Shown here in pieces: positions 20,559 to 30,571 of a stretch of 64,000 nt of DNA. The DNA is from Phycisphaerae bacterium. GTDB taxonomy: Bacteria > Planctomycetota > Phycisphaerae > UBA1845 > Fen-1342. The DNA lies in the NCBI GenBank assembly GCA_963666925.2, contig CAXXTC010000007.1, positions 1-64,000 of the forward strand. Reading direction: 5' to 3'. The notes beneath the pieces were generated by a model. The model saw nothing but the letters and a program-made list of their open reading frames with translations. It searched no databases and was not told where the DNA came from. Numbering within the stretch: the first letter of the stretch is position 1; each line of letters opens with the position of its first letter. The translations under genes were made by a program, and so were the position numbers.

Positions 20559-22914
20559 CGCGGGCACCGGTGAGACAGGCGGCAGCGCCCGCAAACCGGA
20601 GTCGATCTCATCCAGTTCTTTCTGGCGCAGACGCACCACATCGTTCGGCGGACGCTGCTGGTCGATCGCGCGAGCACGTTCGAAATCCTCGCGCGCCACG
20701 TCGGAAAAACCAACGTCGTGCGTGCGCTGCCACAGCGCCAGCCACGCCTGGCCGGCGATGATGCGCGTACGCGGATTGGTCGGATAACGGGCCACCGCCT
20801 CGGACCACGCCCGGGCGGCCGACTCCAGGTGTTCGTCGGCCGCGGCATCGTTGCCCCGGGCCCGCTCAAACCGCGCCAGCGCGCCGGAAACTTCGGCCAC
20901 CAGCGCCCGCGTGCCCGAATCAAGCGGGTCGCGCTTCGCCGCCGTCAGCGCACATTCGCTTGCGGCCGCGAGCCATTCCCGGCGCCGGTCGGCGGGTGCG
21001 TCATCAACCTGCGCAGCCATGTGCAACAGCGTCCGCGCCGCCGCCCGCGCAGCGGCCGGGTCATGCTGACTGACGGCCACCACACGCTCAGCCGCCGCCA
21101 ACGGCCGACCAGCCCGCGCCGCCCGATCCAACTCGTCCAGCGCCGCGGCCGTCGCCGACATCGGCAGCAAAATCAGCCCGAAATACGCGACCAACGCGCC
21201 GGCCCCGACGATCGCCACCATCAAACGTGATCCGCGGATGACGCGCGCCTCCGCAGGCTGGGCCCACGTCGCCGCGCCGGCCGCACACAACGCGAACATC
21301 GCCAGCCCCCCGGGCGTGAGCAACGCAAAACTCAGCAGCGCGTGCACCAGGCTCGCACATATGGCCGCCAGCAAGCCGGTCGTCAGCCAGTTTCGCCCCG
21401 CCGACCGGCCACCCATGCCGTACAACAGCCAAGCTGCCAGCGCGAACGCGCCACCCCACTTGAACCCAATATCGACCAGCCAGACCAGCGCCACACCCGC
21501 CCTTGCGAAGGGCGTCCCCGAAAGCAGCGCATGCACCAGCAACACGCCGACCGCGACCGGCACCGCTTGCGCCGGCATAAGCCGGTCATCAACGTCGGTC
21601 TCATGTGTCGCGCGCGTTGCCTGTGTCGCGTCCGCCGTCCCGATGCTGTAGAGCGTCCGCCGCACCACCAGCAAGCTCAGCAGCGCCCCCCCGACCAGCC
21701 CCAGCGGGCCCAACTCGACCAGCAGGTTGAGCCACAAATTATGCGGGTTGCGCACCTCCTCGGTGCTGGCCGCCGGCTTATATCGCATGTAAGCCGGCGA
21801 GAAATTCTCACGCCCCAGCCCGGTGACAGGCTGATCAACATACGCCCGGGCGGCCGTCGTCCAATACTGCCAGCGAAACGCGAGCGACGGATGCGGCAGT
21901 GTTTTCTTGATCAATCCGTAGCTCGTGACGCCCGCAATGACGGCTAGGTATATGACGATCAGCAGGCTCAGTACCGTCCGCCGCCGGCGAGCGATCATCG
22001 CGGGCGCCGCTCCCACCGCCAGCAGCACCAGCCCGACGCAGCCCGCCAGCACCGCCCCCAGGCTCCCGGTCAGCAGGGTCGCCACAATCAGCAACACCAA
22101 TCCCACGAGCGCTACAAGCGGCGGCAGATAGTGCTCGGCAGCGGCCCGATTGGCACCAGCTCGCTTATCCGCGGGTGACTCGTCCGTCCCGCGCCGCGTC
22201 GCCATCGTCACCGCGACCGCCAGCCCCGCCGCCACCAGTGCACACATTGTCAGGATCGAAGCCGTCACATTGGGGTGGTTCAGAAATCCGTGCGGCTCGC
22301 GCGCGGCCAAGTCGCCGTTCATAGTTAACAAACAGCGGGTCGTCCGGGGCGTAGCCCATCTCAATCAAGCGTGGCTTTTCGGTCTGCTCCCAGAATTTGG
22401 CCGTCTCGGGAAACTCGTAATAGCGCTGGTTGATGCATTTCAGCGCGGTGGTCAGTCCGGTGGCGAGCAGGGCGGCGACGATGAGTTGACGCTGCCAGCG
22501 CGTCGTGCACACAAGCGCCAGCGCCAACCCCGCCAGCACGCTGATCACCAGGCTGGAGCCGGCGAATATTGCGATGTGCAGGTCGGACGCGTGCCACAGC
22601 GACAGGGCCCCGCCCAATATCAGTGCGCCCGTGCCCACCAGCGCCAGCGAGCTCCGCCAGCGCCCGGCCCGGAGCGTAAACGCCGCCCACGCCGTCACCA
22701 GCAGCAGCAAATCCAGCCACGCCGTCGTGAGTGGCCTCGGCCCGCCGGCGTCCTCCATCGCGGCGACGAAGCTGATCTCCACCCGTTCAAAGACCTCCCC
22801 GATCAGCGGCCGGGCCGCCAGAATGGCCAGCAGCACGTAAAACAGCACATATTCGCCCCGTGTCACGGTCGACCGCATCGCACGCGCACCAACCTGGCGG
22901 CCGGCCGCGTTCAT
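20538..22914 (-). CDS. O-antigen ligase family membrane protein with TPR-like tail (frameshift near 22307)
   Basis: GFLNHPN, TGSLG, SLAFRWQYW, GLGRENF, NPHNLWLNLLVELG. The ORFs 22165..22914 and 20538..22364 join with a single-base correction. Confidence 0.8.
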
Positions 22915-24014
22915 GACGACTTGCGCACCGGCATTTCGAGAATCGCGACGATCGCCAGCACCATCAGCACCAGAACGCCGATGGTGATTGTGCTGCGCAG
23001 GTCCGCCCCCGGCAGCAGCGTGCCGGCCAGCCCGGTCGTCGCGGTGGCGAGATAGATTGTCAGCACCGCAAAACCCCGACTCAGCCCGTGGTCGACCAGC
23101 CGATGCGAAAAGTGCCGCTGGTCACCCTTCATCGGGTTGCGCCCCTCGCGCAGGCGAATGATGACCACGCTGCAAAAGTCGTACAGCGGAATGGCGAGCA
23201 CGACGAGCGGCACCAGCAGCGCGTAGGGGGGGGCTCCCTGTCCGCTCTGGTAATAAGTCGTCAGCGTGCTGACCACCGCCAGCATATATCCGACCACCAG
23301 GCTGCCACCGTCGCCCATGAATATCCGCGCCGGCGGAAAGTTGAAGACCAAGAAGCCGATTACCGCCCCGAGAAACACGCACGCCAGCGCCGGCACCAGC
23401 ACCTGCCCGGCCATCAATCCACAGATCGCCAGAAACAGCAGGCACAAAGCCGCCACGCCCGCACTGAGCCCGTCCATGTTGTCCAGAAAGTTGAACGCGT
23501 TGACGATCACCAAAAACCAGATCACCGTCAGCGTGATCGCCACACCCTCGCCGGCGAACTCGGCCACACGCACGTTCCCAAAGCTGGCTACAAAGATCGC
23601 GACCGCCAGTATGGCCAGCAGCTTGGGGACGGCCGGCAGCGCCCGCCGATCGTCGATCAGCCCGACCACGTGCAGCACCAGCCCGCCCGCCAATATGGCC
23701 ACGGTTTGCATCGCCCGATGTTGTAACCCGCCGACATACGCCCGCAGGCTCTCGCCAAACTGAGCGGCGATCCATTCCTGCGGGATCAATAGCGCAAGCA
23801 GCGTGACGCCCGCGACTGCTCCCCATGCAGAGAGAAAGATCGCGATTCCACCGCCATAGGGTGTCGGCGTGCGGTGCGATTTGTGCCCGCCGGGCTGGTC
23901 GACGAAGCCCACGCGCAGCGCCAGCCTCCGGACCACCAGCGTCAGGCCGGCCGAAACGCCGGTCACGCCGACCAACGCGGCCGCGAGAATCACCAGTAGC
24001 ACAGTTCGCGTCAT
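22911..24014 (-). CDS. MraY/WecA-type polyprenyl-phosphate GlcNAc-1-P transferase
   Basis: TPYGGG, GLIDD, NAFNFLDNMDGL, FNFPPARIFMGDGGS, HFSHRL. Confidence 0.93.
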   Translation of the reverse strand: MTRTVLLVILAAALVGVTGVSAGLTLVVRRLALRVGFVDQPGGHKSHRTPTPYGGGIAIFLSAWGAVAGVTLLALLIPQEWIAAQFGESLRAYVGGLQHRAMQTVAILAGGLVLHVVGLIDDRRALPAVPKLLAILAVAIFVASFGNVRVAEFAGEGVAITLTVIWFLVIVNAFNFLDNMDGLSAGVAALCLLFLAICGLMAGQVLVPALACVFLGAVIGFLVFNFPPARIFMGDGGSLVVGYMLAVVSTLTTYYQSGQGAPPYALLVPLVVLAIPLYDFCSVVIIRLREGRNPMKGDQRHFSHRLVDHGLSRGFAVLTIYLATATTGLAGTLLPGADLRSTITIGVLVLMVLAIVAILEMPVRKSS

Positions 24015-24589
24015 GAATCTTCCGGAGGTGTTGTGGCCGCGGCCCCGCCGGCCGACTTCTGCTCTTCACGCAGCCTGTTACGCAGGCGAACGAAGAACTC
24101 ATGATATTCCGGCCGGTGATAATCGGGATACGTCCAGGGCTGTGTCTGCCAGCCACCTTGAGTATATCGCAGCGTCACCTCGCCATAGATGCCGCTGCCC
24201 AGATACAGCCGATGGGCGCGGTCCTTGGTCGTTGCCAGAACTAACTTGCCCAGGCCGACGTAGCCAGGGTCGATATTCACCGGCCGGGCGATGTCGAGCG
24301 CCACGCAATCCTCGGCCAGCCGGTCTTCGAGCGCATTCGTTTCGAGCTTGATCTCCGCCAGCCCCCCCGGGTCGACCAGCCCCGCGAAGCCGACAAAGCA
24401 GCGGTGCAGATCGGGCCCCATCTCCGCCTCATAGTAATCCGTCTGGTCAAACGGCCAGACGGTGCTCTCCAGATCGACGTTGCCAAACTGCTTCCCGAGC
24501 AGTTGGCACGCCCGGCGCAGCAGGTCCGGGTCACCACTGAGCAACCCGGCAAACAGCTTGACCGGTTGAGCGGCGCGGGGTTTAGCCAT
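24011..24589 (-). CDS. DUF4416 family protein
   Basis: YYEAEMG, VNIDPGY, LATTKD..HRLYL, WTYPDY. Confidence 0.85.
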   Translation of the reverse strand: MAKPRAAQPVKLFAGLLSGDPDLLRRACQLLGKQFGNVDLESTVWPFDQTDYYEAEMGPDLHRCFVGFAGLVDPGGLAEIKLETNALEDRLAEDCVALDIARPVNIDPGYVGLGKLVLATTKDRAHRLYLGSGIYGEVTLRYTQGGWQTQPWTYPDYHRPEYHEFFVRLRNRLREEQKSAGGAAATTPPEDS

Positions 24590-24698
24590 GGCGTCAAGTG
24601 TAGCGTGCCGATAACATGGACGCGAGCGAGCGCCGCCAACCGGCGCCGCAAGCCCGACCCAGGGCGGGGCCGGTGTGTAGATGGAAGGTGTGGGCGCT

Positions 24699-25928
24699 AT
24701 GAACATCGGACTTTTCGAAGACGGGGGCTGGCAGGATCTGCTACCGCTGACTTGGCTACGCGCCGGCTTCGAGTTGCGCTGCGGCTGCGATCAACTCATC
24801 GACAAGGTGCGCAGCAACATCAAGGGGCAAATTGCCGGATGGTGGCTGCGCCCGGAGCTGAACGACGTCCTGGCCGAACGCATCGAGCTGGCCACGCCCG
24901 ACAGCGCCGCCGACTGGTGTTTGATCAACGCCCGAGCGCTCGTCACCGGCTCCGTGACGCCGCCCCGCGCCGGCGTGGTCTGGCGCGACCGCGGCGATGT
25001 GATCGCCGTCGGCCTGCGCGCTGCCGACCTGGACGGCATCGACCACACGCTGTTCTGCGACCTCGAACGCCTGGCTGAATGGCTCAAGAAGTTCGAGCCG
25101 GAAGAGCCGCCACCCGAAATCTGCCTCATCCGCCACCCGTGGGACCTGATGCAGCACAACGAAGCCGAGCTATATCGGCAGTGTCGCGATGGCGGCGTGC
25201 ACCAGGGCGAGATATATCCCGGTGCCCACCTGCTGCACCCGGCCGAGATTCAGATCGCCCCGGGCGCACGCATCAAACCCGGCGCTGTGCTCGATGCCGA
25301 GAGCGGACCGATCCGCATCGCCGAGAACGCCCTGATCCAGCCCAACGCCGTCCTCGAAGGACCTTGCTACGTCGGGCCAAACTCGATCATCCGCCCCGGC
25401 TGCGCGCTGCGCGAGGCCACCTCGATCGGGCCCGTGTGCAAAATCGGCGGCGAGATCGAAGCCAGCATCGTCCACGGCTACAGCAACAAGCAGCACGACG
25501 GCTTTCTCGGGCACAGCTATGTCGGGCAGTGGGTCAACCTCGGCGCCGATACCGTTACCAGCGACCTGAAAAACACCTACGGCACCATCCGCGTGTTCAT
25601 CAACGGCGTCGGCGTCGAGACCGGGCAGCATTTCGTTGGCTCGATCATCGGCGACCACAGCAAGACCGGCATCGGTACCATCCTGCCCACCGGCGGCGTC
25701 GTCGGAATCGCCGCCAACGTCTTCACGTCCGGCAGCGTGCCCAAGTTCGTGCCCTCTTTCGCGTGGCTCACCAGCGCTGGCCTGACCAACTATCGCGTCG
25801 ACAAGGCCGTCCACATCGCCCACGTGGTAACGGCCCGGCGCGACCTCGAATTCAGCCGTTTTGAGGAGCACTTGTTCCAGAGCGTCGCCGAGCGATCCCG
25901 CACGATCGAAGCCGCCGGCTGGCAATAG
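24699..25928 (+). CDS. GlmU-like putative sugar nucleotidyltransferase with hexapeptide repeats
   Basis: LLPLT...ELRCG N-terminus; KIGGEIE, NKQHDGFLGHSYVGQWVNLGA, SDLKNTY. Confidence 0.88.
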   Translation: MNIGLFEDGGWQDLLPLTWLRAGFELRCGCDQLIDKVRSNIKGQIAGWWLRPELNDVLAERIELATPDSAADWCLINARALVTGSVTPPRAGVVWRDRGDVIAVGLRAADLDGIDHTLFCDLERLAEWLKKFEPEEPPPEICLIRHPWDLMQHNEAELYRQCRDGGVHQGEIYPGAHLLHPAEIQIAPGARIKPGAVLDAESGPIRIAENALIQPNAVLEGPCYVGPNSIIRPGCALREATSIGPVCKIGGEIEASIVHGYSNKQHDGFLGHSYVGQWVNLGADTVTSDLKNTYGTIRVFINGVGVETGQHFVGSIIGDHSKTGIGTILPTGGVVGIAANVFTSGSVPKFVPSFAWLTSAGLTNYRVDKAVHIAHVVTARRDLEFSRFEEHLFQSVAERSRTIEAAGWQ

Positions 25929-26068
25929 GGCATCCGGTGGGGGGGCTTGAGCCCACGCGCCGCCGCGGTACACTCTCTCTGTTTGGGTAACGGTCATTCG
26001 CAGTGACGGGACCACGGATGGCTCCGTACTGCATATCTGCTTCATTCCCCATTGCTCGGAGACATGAC

Positions 26069-26617
26069 ATGATGCAGCGCATTGCACGAATTTCGATGCT
26101 GGCGGCCGGCCTGATGTTCCTCGTGGGTTGCAGCGCGTCCAGCGGCGGTTCAACCGGCCTGCGCATCGGGCTCAATCTCTCACGAAAAGACAGCAATCTG
26201 AAGCTCTTCCTGGACGGCCAGGAGGCCGTGCAGAGCAAGCTCAAAAAGGGCCTGACGGGCTATTCACCCTTCAAGATCAAGGAACCCGTCGGCACCTCGC
26301 CCGTCTTTAAGTACGAAATCATCGACCCGAAAAAGTTTGGCTACATCAAGAACGTTTCCATGCAGGTGCATCAGAAGTTTGAGGCCGACTTCTCCGATAT
26401 CCCCACCTACATAATTCACCCGGTCGACAAAGAACACAACATGAAGCCCGGCGTGGATTACGACCTGGCCCAGCTCGGGCCAGACTTCCGGATCATGGAC
26501 CGCCATGACGAGACCGTCAAAACGGTCGAATTCCAGCCCGGCTCCGAATATCTCCTGGTGTTCACCGTGTCCGCCGACAAGAGCGAGTCGGTCCAGATCT
26601 ACTTCAAGACCAAATAG
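26069..26617 (+). CDS. Hypothetical lipoprotein
   Basis: Signal peptide ending in an LVGC lipobox; coherent codon usage. Confidence 0.75.
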   Translation: MMQRIARISMLAAGLMFLVGCSASSGGSTGLRIGLNLSRKDSNLKLFLDGQEAVQSKLKKGLTGYSPFKIKEPVGTSPVFKYEIIDPKKFGYIKNVSMQVHQKFEADFSDIPTYIIHPVDKEHNMKPGVDYDLAQLGPDFRIMDRHDETVKTVEFQPGSEYLLVFTVSADKSESVQIYFKTK

Positions 26618-26626
26618 TCGGTGGAG

Positions 26627-26718
26627 TAGAACCTATCCCAGGATTCCTGTGGCACCGGTTTTCAACCGGTGTGTCGCGCCGGTTACGAATCGTTGCCACA
26701 GTCCTGGAATAGGCTCCA
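26627..26718 (+). repeat. ~90-bp MITE/REP-like element, family B
   Basis: Imperfect terminal IRs (TAGAACCTATCCCAGGA / TCCTGGAATAGGCTCCA) around GTGG+CACCGGTT-TTC-AACCGGTG. Related copies near 45948, 53243 and 59268. Confidence 0.8.
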
Positions 26719-26742
26719 GCGTATTGTCAGTAACGATTCGGT

Positions 26743-26764
26743 GTGCCACTGCTCTTGAGCAGTG
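26743..26764 (+). repeat. REP-like hairpin, family A
   Basis: GTGC+CACTGCT-CTTG-AGCAGTG. Related copies near 45900, 45925, 51842, 51893 and 56464. Confidence 0.8.
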
Positions 26765-26803
26765 GACTTCCAGCTTCGCACCACTCTTCGTTCGAGGTGG
26801 CAC

Positions 26804-27763
26804 GTGCACAAAGTTGTCATCACTCGTCGTGTACCTCCGCCCGCGGTCGAGTTGCTCCAGCAGGCCGGCCTGGAGGTCGACGTCATCGACCAGGACGATC
26901 CGCCGGAACGAGCCGAACTGCTCCGCCGCGTGGCCGACGCCAGCGCAGTGATCGCCATGTTGAGCGAGAAGATCGACGAGGAACTGCTCGATGCCGCCGG
27001 CGACCAGTTACGCGTCGTCGCCAATTTCGCCGTCGGTTTCGACAACATCGACCGCGCCGCCTGCACGCAGCGCAACATTCGCGCCACCAACACCCCCGGT
27101 GTATTGACCGATGCCACCGCCGACCTCGCCTGGGCGCTGATCCTCGCAACCGCCCGCCAGCTCGGCGCCGGCGAACGCTTGGTCCGTGCCGATCGCTGGA
27201 CCGGCTGGGCCCCACGCCAACTGCTCGGCCTGCAACTGCGCGGCGCCACGCTCGGCATCGTCGGCGCCGGCCGCATCGGTACCGCCGTCGGCCTGCGCTC
27301 CGTCGGCTTCGACATGCGCGTCCGCTACGTCAACGACGGGCCCTGCGCCGCTCTCGAACAGCGCTGCAACGCACAGCGCGTCGAACTCGCCGAACTGCTG
27401 CCCGAAGTCGACGTGCTTTCCCTGCACGTTCCGCTCACGCCCGAAACCCGGCATATGATCGGTATGGCTGAGCTCTCCGCCATGCGGCCGACGGCGATCC
27501 TGATCAACACCGCCCGCGGCCCCGTGATCGACGAGCAGGCCCTGGTCCAGGCGCTGCGCGAACGCAAAATCGCTGGCGCCGGCCTCGACGTGTACGAACA
27601 CGAGCCCCGCCTCGCGCCCGGACTGGCCGAACTGGAAAACGTCGTGGTCCTGCCCCACCTCGGCAGCGCCACCACAACCGCCCGCGAGCAGATGTCACGC
27701 ATGACCGCCGAAAATGTCCTCGCCGTCCTGGATGGGCGCGAACCGCCAAACCCCATCAACTAG
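26804..27763 (+). CDS. D-isomer-specific 2-hydroxyacid (glyoxylate/glycerate) dehydrogenase
   Basis: AVGFDNID, NTPGVLTDATAD, GIVGAGRIG, INTARG, GLDVYEHEP, PHLGSAT. Confidence 0.93.
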   Translation: MHKVVITRRVPPPAVELLQQAGLEVDVIDQDDPPERAELLRRVADASAVIAMLSEKIDEELLDAAGDQLRVVANFAVGFDNIDRAACTQRNIRATNTPGVLTDATADLAWALILATARQLGAGERLVRADRWTGWAPRQLLGLQLRGATLGIVGAGRIGTAVGLRSVGFDMRVRYVNDGPCAALEQRCNAQRVELAELLPEVDVLSLHVPLTPETRHMIGMAELSAMRPTAILINTARGPVIDEQALVQALRERKIAGAGLDVYEHEPRLAPGLAELENVVVLPHLGSATTTAREQMSRMTAENVLAVLDGREPPNPIN

Positions 27764-27899
27764 AGTTTTTCTGTGAACTCGTGGCGACCAAACATCCAAG
27801 TGTCCCAGAGAATGCATCAGGGAGGCCGCTACGAGTAAACGGAGCTTGCTCTAGCCGTAGACCGGCTGCTCGGGGCGGGATCACGCAAGGAGATCAGCA

Positions 27900-29528
27900 A
27901 TGTCGACGAAGGTGAGCACCCCCGGGACGGTCTTCCCCGCCTCAATCGAAGACATCCCTACCGACATGCGGCAGGACTACTACGAGCAGGGGGCCCAATA
28001 CCTCATCGACGGGCAGATCCGCACCTGGCCGGGGCCGTTTCAGGAGGTGTACTCGCCAATCTGCATCGGCGACGATCAGGCCGGGCGACAGGCACTCGGC
28101 CATTACCCGCTCATGACCACGCAGCAGGCCGACGAAGCCCTCGCCGCCGCCTGCCGGGCCTACGACCACGGCTGCGGAGCGTGGCCCACCATGTCCATCG
28201 CCGAGCGCATCCGCCACGTCGAGGAATTCATCCCGCGCATGGTCGCTGTGCGCGACGAGGTCGTCCGGCTGCTGATGTGGGAGATCGGCAAAACGCTACC
28301 CGACGCACGCAAGGAATTCGATCGCACGGTGGCTTATATCAGCGACACCGTCGCAGCGCTCAAAGAACTCGACCACATCAGCTCACGCTTCGTCGTCGAA
28401 CAGGGCTTCATCGCCCAGATCCGCCGCAGCCCCCTGGGCGTCGTGCTCTGCATGGGTCCGTTCAACTACCCGCTCAACGAAACCTTCACCACGCTCATCC
28501 CCGCCCTGATCATGGGCAACACCGTCATCTTCAAGCCGCCGCGCTACGGCGTGCTGCTGCACACGCCGCTCTTGTCAGCATTTGCCGAGTCGTTCCCCCC
28601 CGGCGTCGTCAACACCGTCTACGGCGACGGCTCAGAGGTCGTCGGCCCGCTGATGAAGAGCGGCCGCATCGACGTGCTCGCCTTCATCGGCTCCGCCCGT
28701 GTCGCGTCGCTGCTCAAGCACCAGCATCCGCGCCCAAATCGCCTGCGCTGCGTGCTCGGCCTCGAAGCAAAGAACATGGGTGTGATCCTGCCCCACGCCG
28801 ACCTCGACCTGGCCGTCCACGAATGTGCCCTCGGTGCGCTCTCCTTCAACGGACAACGCTGCACTGCGATCAAGATGATCTTCGCCCATCGCAGCTTGGC
28901 CGACACATTCGTCGCCCGCCTCTCGTCCGCCGTCGGACAGCTCAACGTAGGCATGCCCTGGGAAGACAACGTCCAGATCACCCCGCTGCCCGAGGACGGC
29001 AAACCCGAGTGGCTCGCCCAGATCACCCAGCAGGCCGTCGCCGGCGGAGCACACATCCACAATTCCGGCGGCGGACACATCGATCGCACCCTGTTCCACC
29101 CTGCCGTCCTATATACCACCGCACCCGATATGCAGATCTGCCAGGTCGAGCAGTTCGGACCGGTCGTCCCCGTGGTCCCATATGACGACGAACAGGAGGT
29201 GATCGACTGGGTCGTCCAGTCGCCCGTGGGGCAGCAGGCCGCCCTTTTCGGCCACGACGTCGCTCGGCTGAGTCGGCTGATTGACCCGCTCGTCAACCAG
29301 GTCTGCCGTGTAAACATCAACAGCCAGTGCCAGCGCGGCCCCGACACCTTCCCCTTCGCGGGCCGCAAAGACTCGGCCGAAGGCACCCTCTCGGTCTCCG
29401 ATGCGCTGCGTGTCTTCTCGATCCGCAGCCTGGTGGCGGCCAAGGCGACCGACGAGAACGAACAACTTATTTCGGAAATCGTGCGCGGGCGTCACTCGCG
29501 ATTCCTGACCACCGATTTCATCTTCTGA
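27900..29528 (+). CDS. gapN: Non-phosphorylating NADP-dependent glyceraldehyde-3-phosphate dehydrogenase (ALDH family)
   Basis: PFNYPLNE, FIGS, LGLEAKN, FNGQRCTA, EQFGP, RGPDTFPF. Confidence 0.85.
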   Translation: MSTKVSTPGTVFPASIEDIPTDMRQDYYEQGAQYLIDGQIRTWPGPFQEVYSPICIGDDQAGRQALGHYPLMTTQQADEALAAACRAYDHGCGAWPTMSIAERIRHVEEFIPRMVAVRDEVVRLLMWEIGKTLPDARKEFDRTVAYISDTVAALKELDHISSRFVVEQGFIAQIRRSPLGVVLCMGPFNYPLNETFTTLIPALIMGNTVIFKPPRYGVLLHTPLLSAFAESFPPGVVNTVYGDGSEVVGPLMKSGRIDVLAFIGSARVASLLKHQHPRPNRLRCVLGLEAKNMGVILPHADLDLAVHECALGALSFNGQRCTAIKMIFAHRSLADTFVARLSSAVGQLNVGMPWEDNVQITPLPEDGKPEWLAQITQQAVAGGAHIHNSGGGHIDRTLFHPAVLYTTAPDMQICQVEQFGPVVPVVPYDDEQEVIDWVVQSPVGQQAALFGHDVARLSRLIDPLVNQVCRVNINSQCQRGPDTFPFAGRKDSAEGTLSVSDALRVFSIRSLVAAKATDENEQLISEIVRGRHSRFLTTDFIF

Positions 29529-29768
29529 CCCGCGGCCGATTGCCCGCCCGGCGCGCACCCACAGCGCGCCGCGATTATCGGCCCATCTGATCCCGCGCCT
29601 CGTTATCGGTCGCTGATCGCCGCCGCCACAAGGACCAACAACGTCCGCATACCCCCGCAAGCTGAATCCGCTGCCTGCTCTGGTCGATGAATCTGGTGTG
29701 TGCAAAGGTCGCTCGCCGCGGACAGGTGTTTTCCCGGCACGCGACCCTATAAACCCCACAGGCAGATC

Positions 29769-30335
29769 ATGGATTACACAAACAGCGAGCTGGGCAAACC
29801 TCACGCAGCATGCCGCCAGGCTTTCTCGCTCGTCGAACTCGTGGTCGTCGTGGTTATCCTGGGAATCCTCGCCTCGATCGCAATCCCCCGCCTCAGCCGC
29901 GGCAGTACCGGCGCCCGCGAATCCGCCCTCAACGCCGATCTACGCACCCTCCAGAACGCCATCCAGTGTTACGCCGTCGAGCACAAAAACGTCTTCCCCG
30001 GATTCACCAGCGACGGCGTCAACCCTGGCCAGACTGCCGACTCCTTCATCAACCAACTGACAATGTTCAGCGACATCATCGGCGTCGTGGACCCCACCGG
30101 TGGGCATGGCTGTATCTTTGGCCCATACCTCCTCGGCGATATACCCCCGTTGCCAGTGGGCAAATACGCCGGCGTCAACGGCGTCCTGGTAACCAATGAT
30201 CTTCAGCCCTCTGCTGCCCCGGACGGTGTCAACGGCTGGGTCTACAACTGCAAGAGCGGCATCATCATCGCCAACACCACCAGCTTAAGCGCCCAAGAGG
30301 TGGAACAGGCGGAGGCCGAGGTTACCAAGACCTAG
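29769..30335 (+). CDS. Prepilin-type N-terminal cleavage/methylation (pseudopilin-like) protein
   Basis: RQA/FSLVELVVVVVILGILASIAIP, then GPYL and GWVYN. Confidence 0.88.
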   Translation: MDYTNSELGKPHAACRQAFSLVELVVVVVILGILASIAIPRLSRGSTGARESALNADLRTLQNAIQCYAVEHKNVFPGFTSDGVNPGQTADSFINQLTMFSDIIGVVDPTGGHGCIFGPYLLGDIPPLPVGKYAGVNGVLVTNDLQPSAAPDGVNGWVYNCKSGIIIANTTSLSAQEVEQAEAEVTKT

Positions 30336-30571
30336 GTCACCGGCGCAAACGACTCCGCCAACCGCTGATACACCACCTCATACTCTGCAACAACCGCAAC
30401 CCGGCCAAAACCACGCCTCGTCAGCTACGCTGTGCCAATCGGACCTGCCGAACAGGCTTCCGCCATCACGCCACCGAGTTCCGCTCCTCCCGAAATGAAA
30501 GCAGCCCCCGGGAGTGCAATCCCAGGGGCTGCCAATTCAGCTCTCCAATTGTGCGCTGTCGCGCGGGCCAG

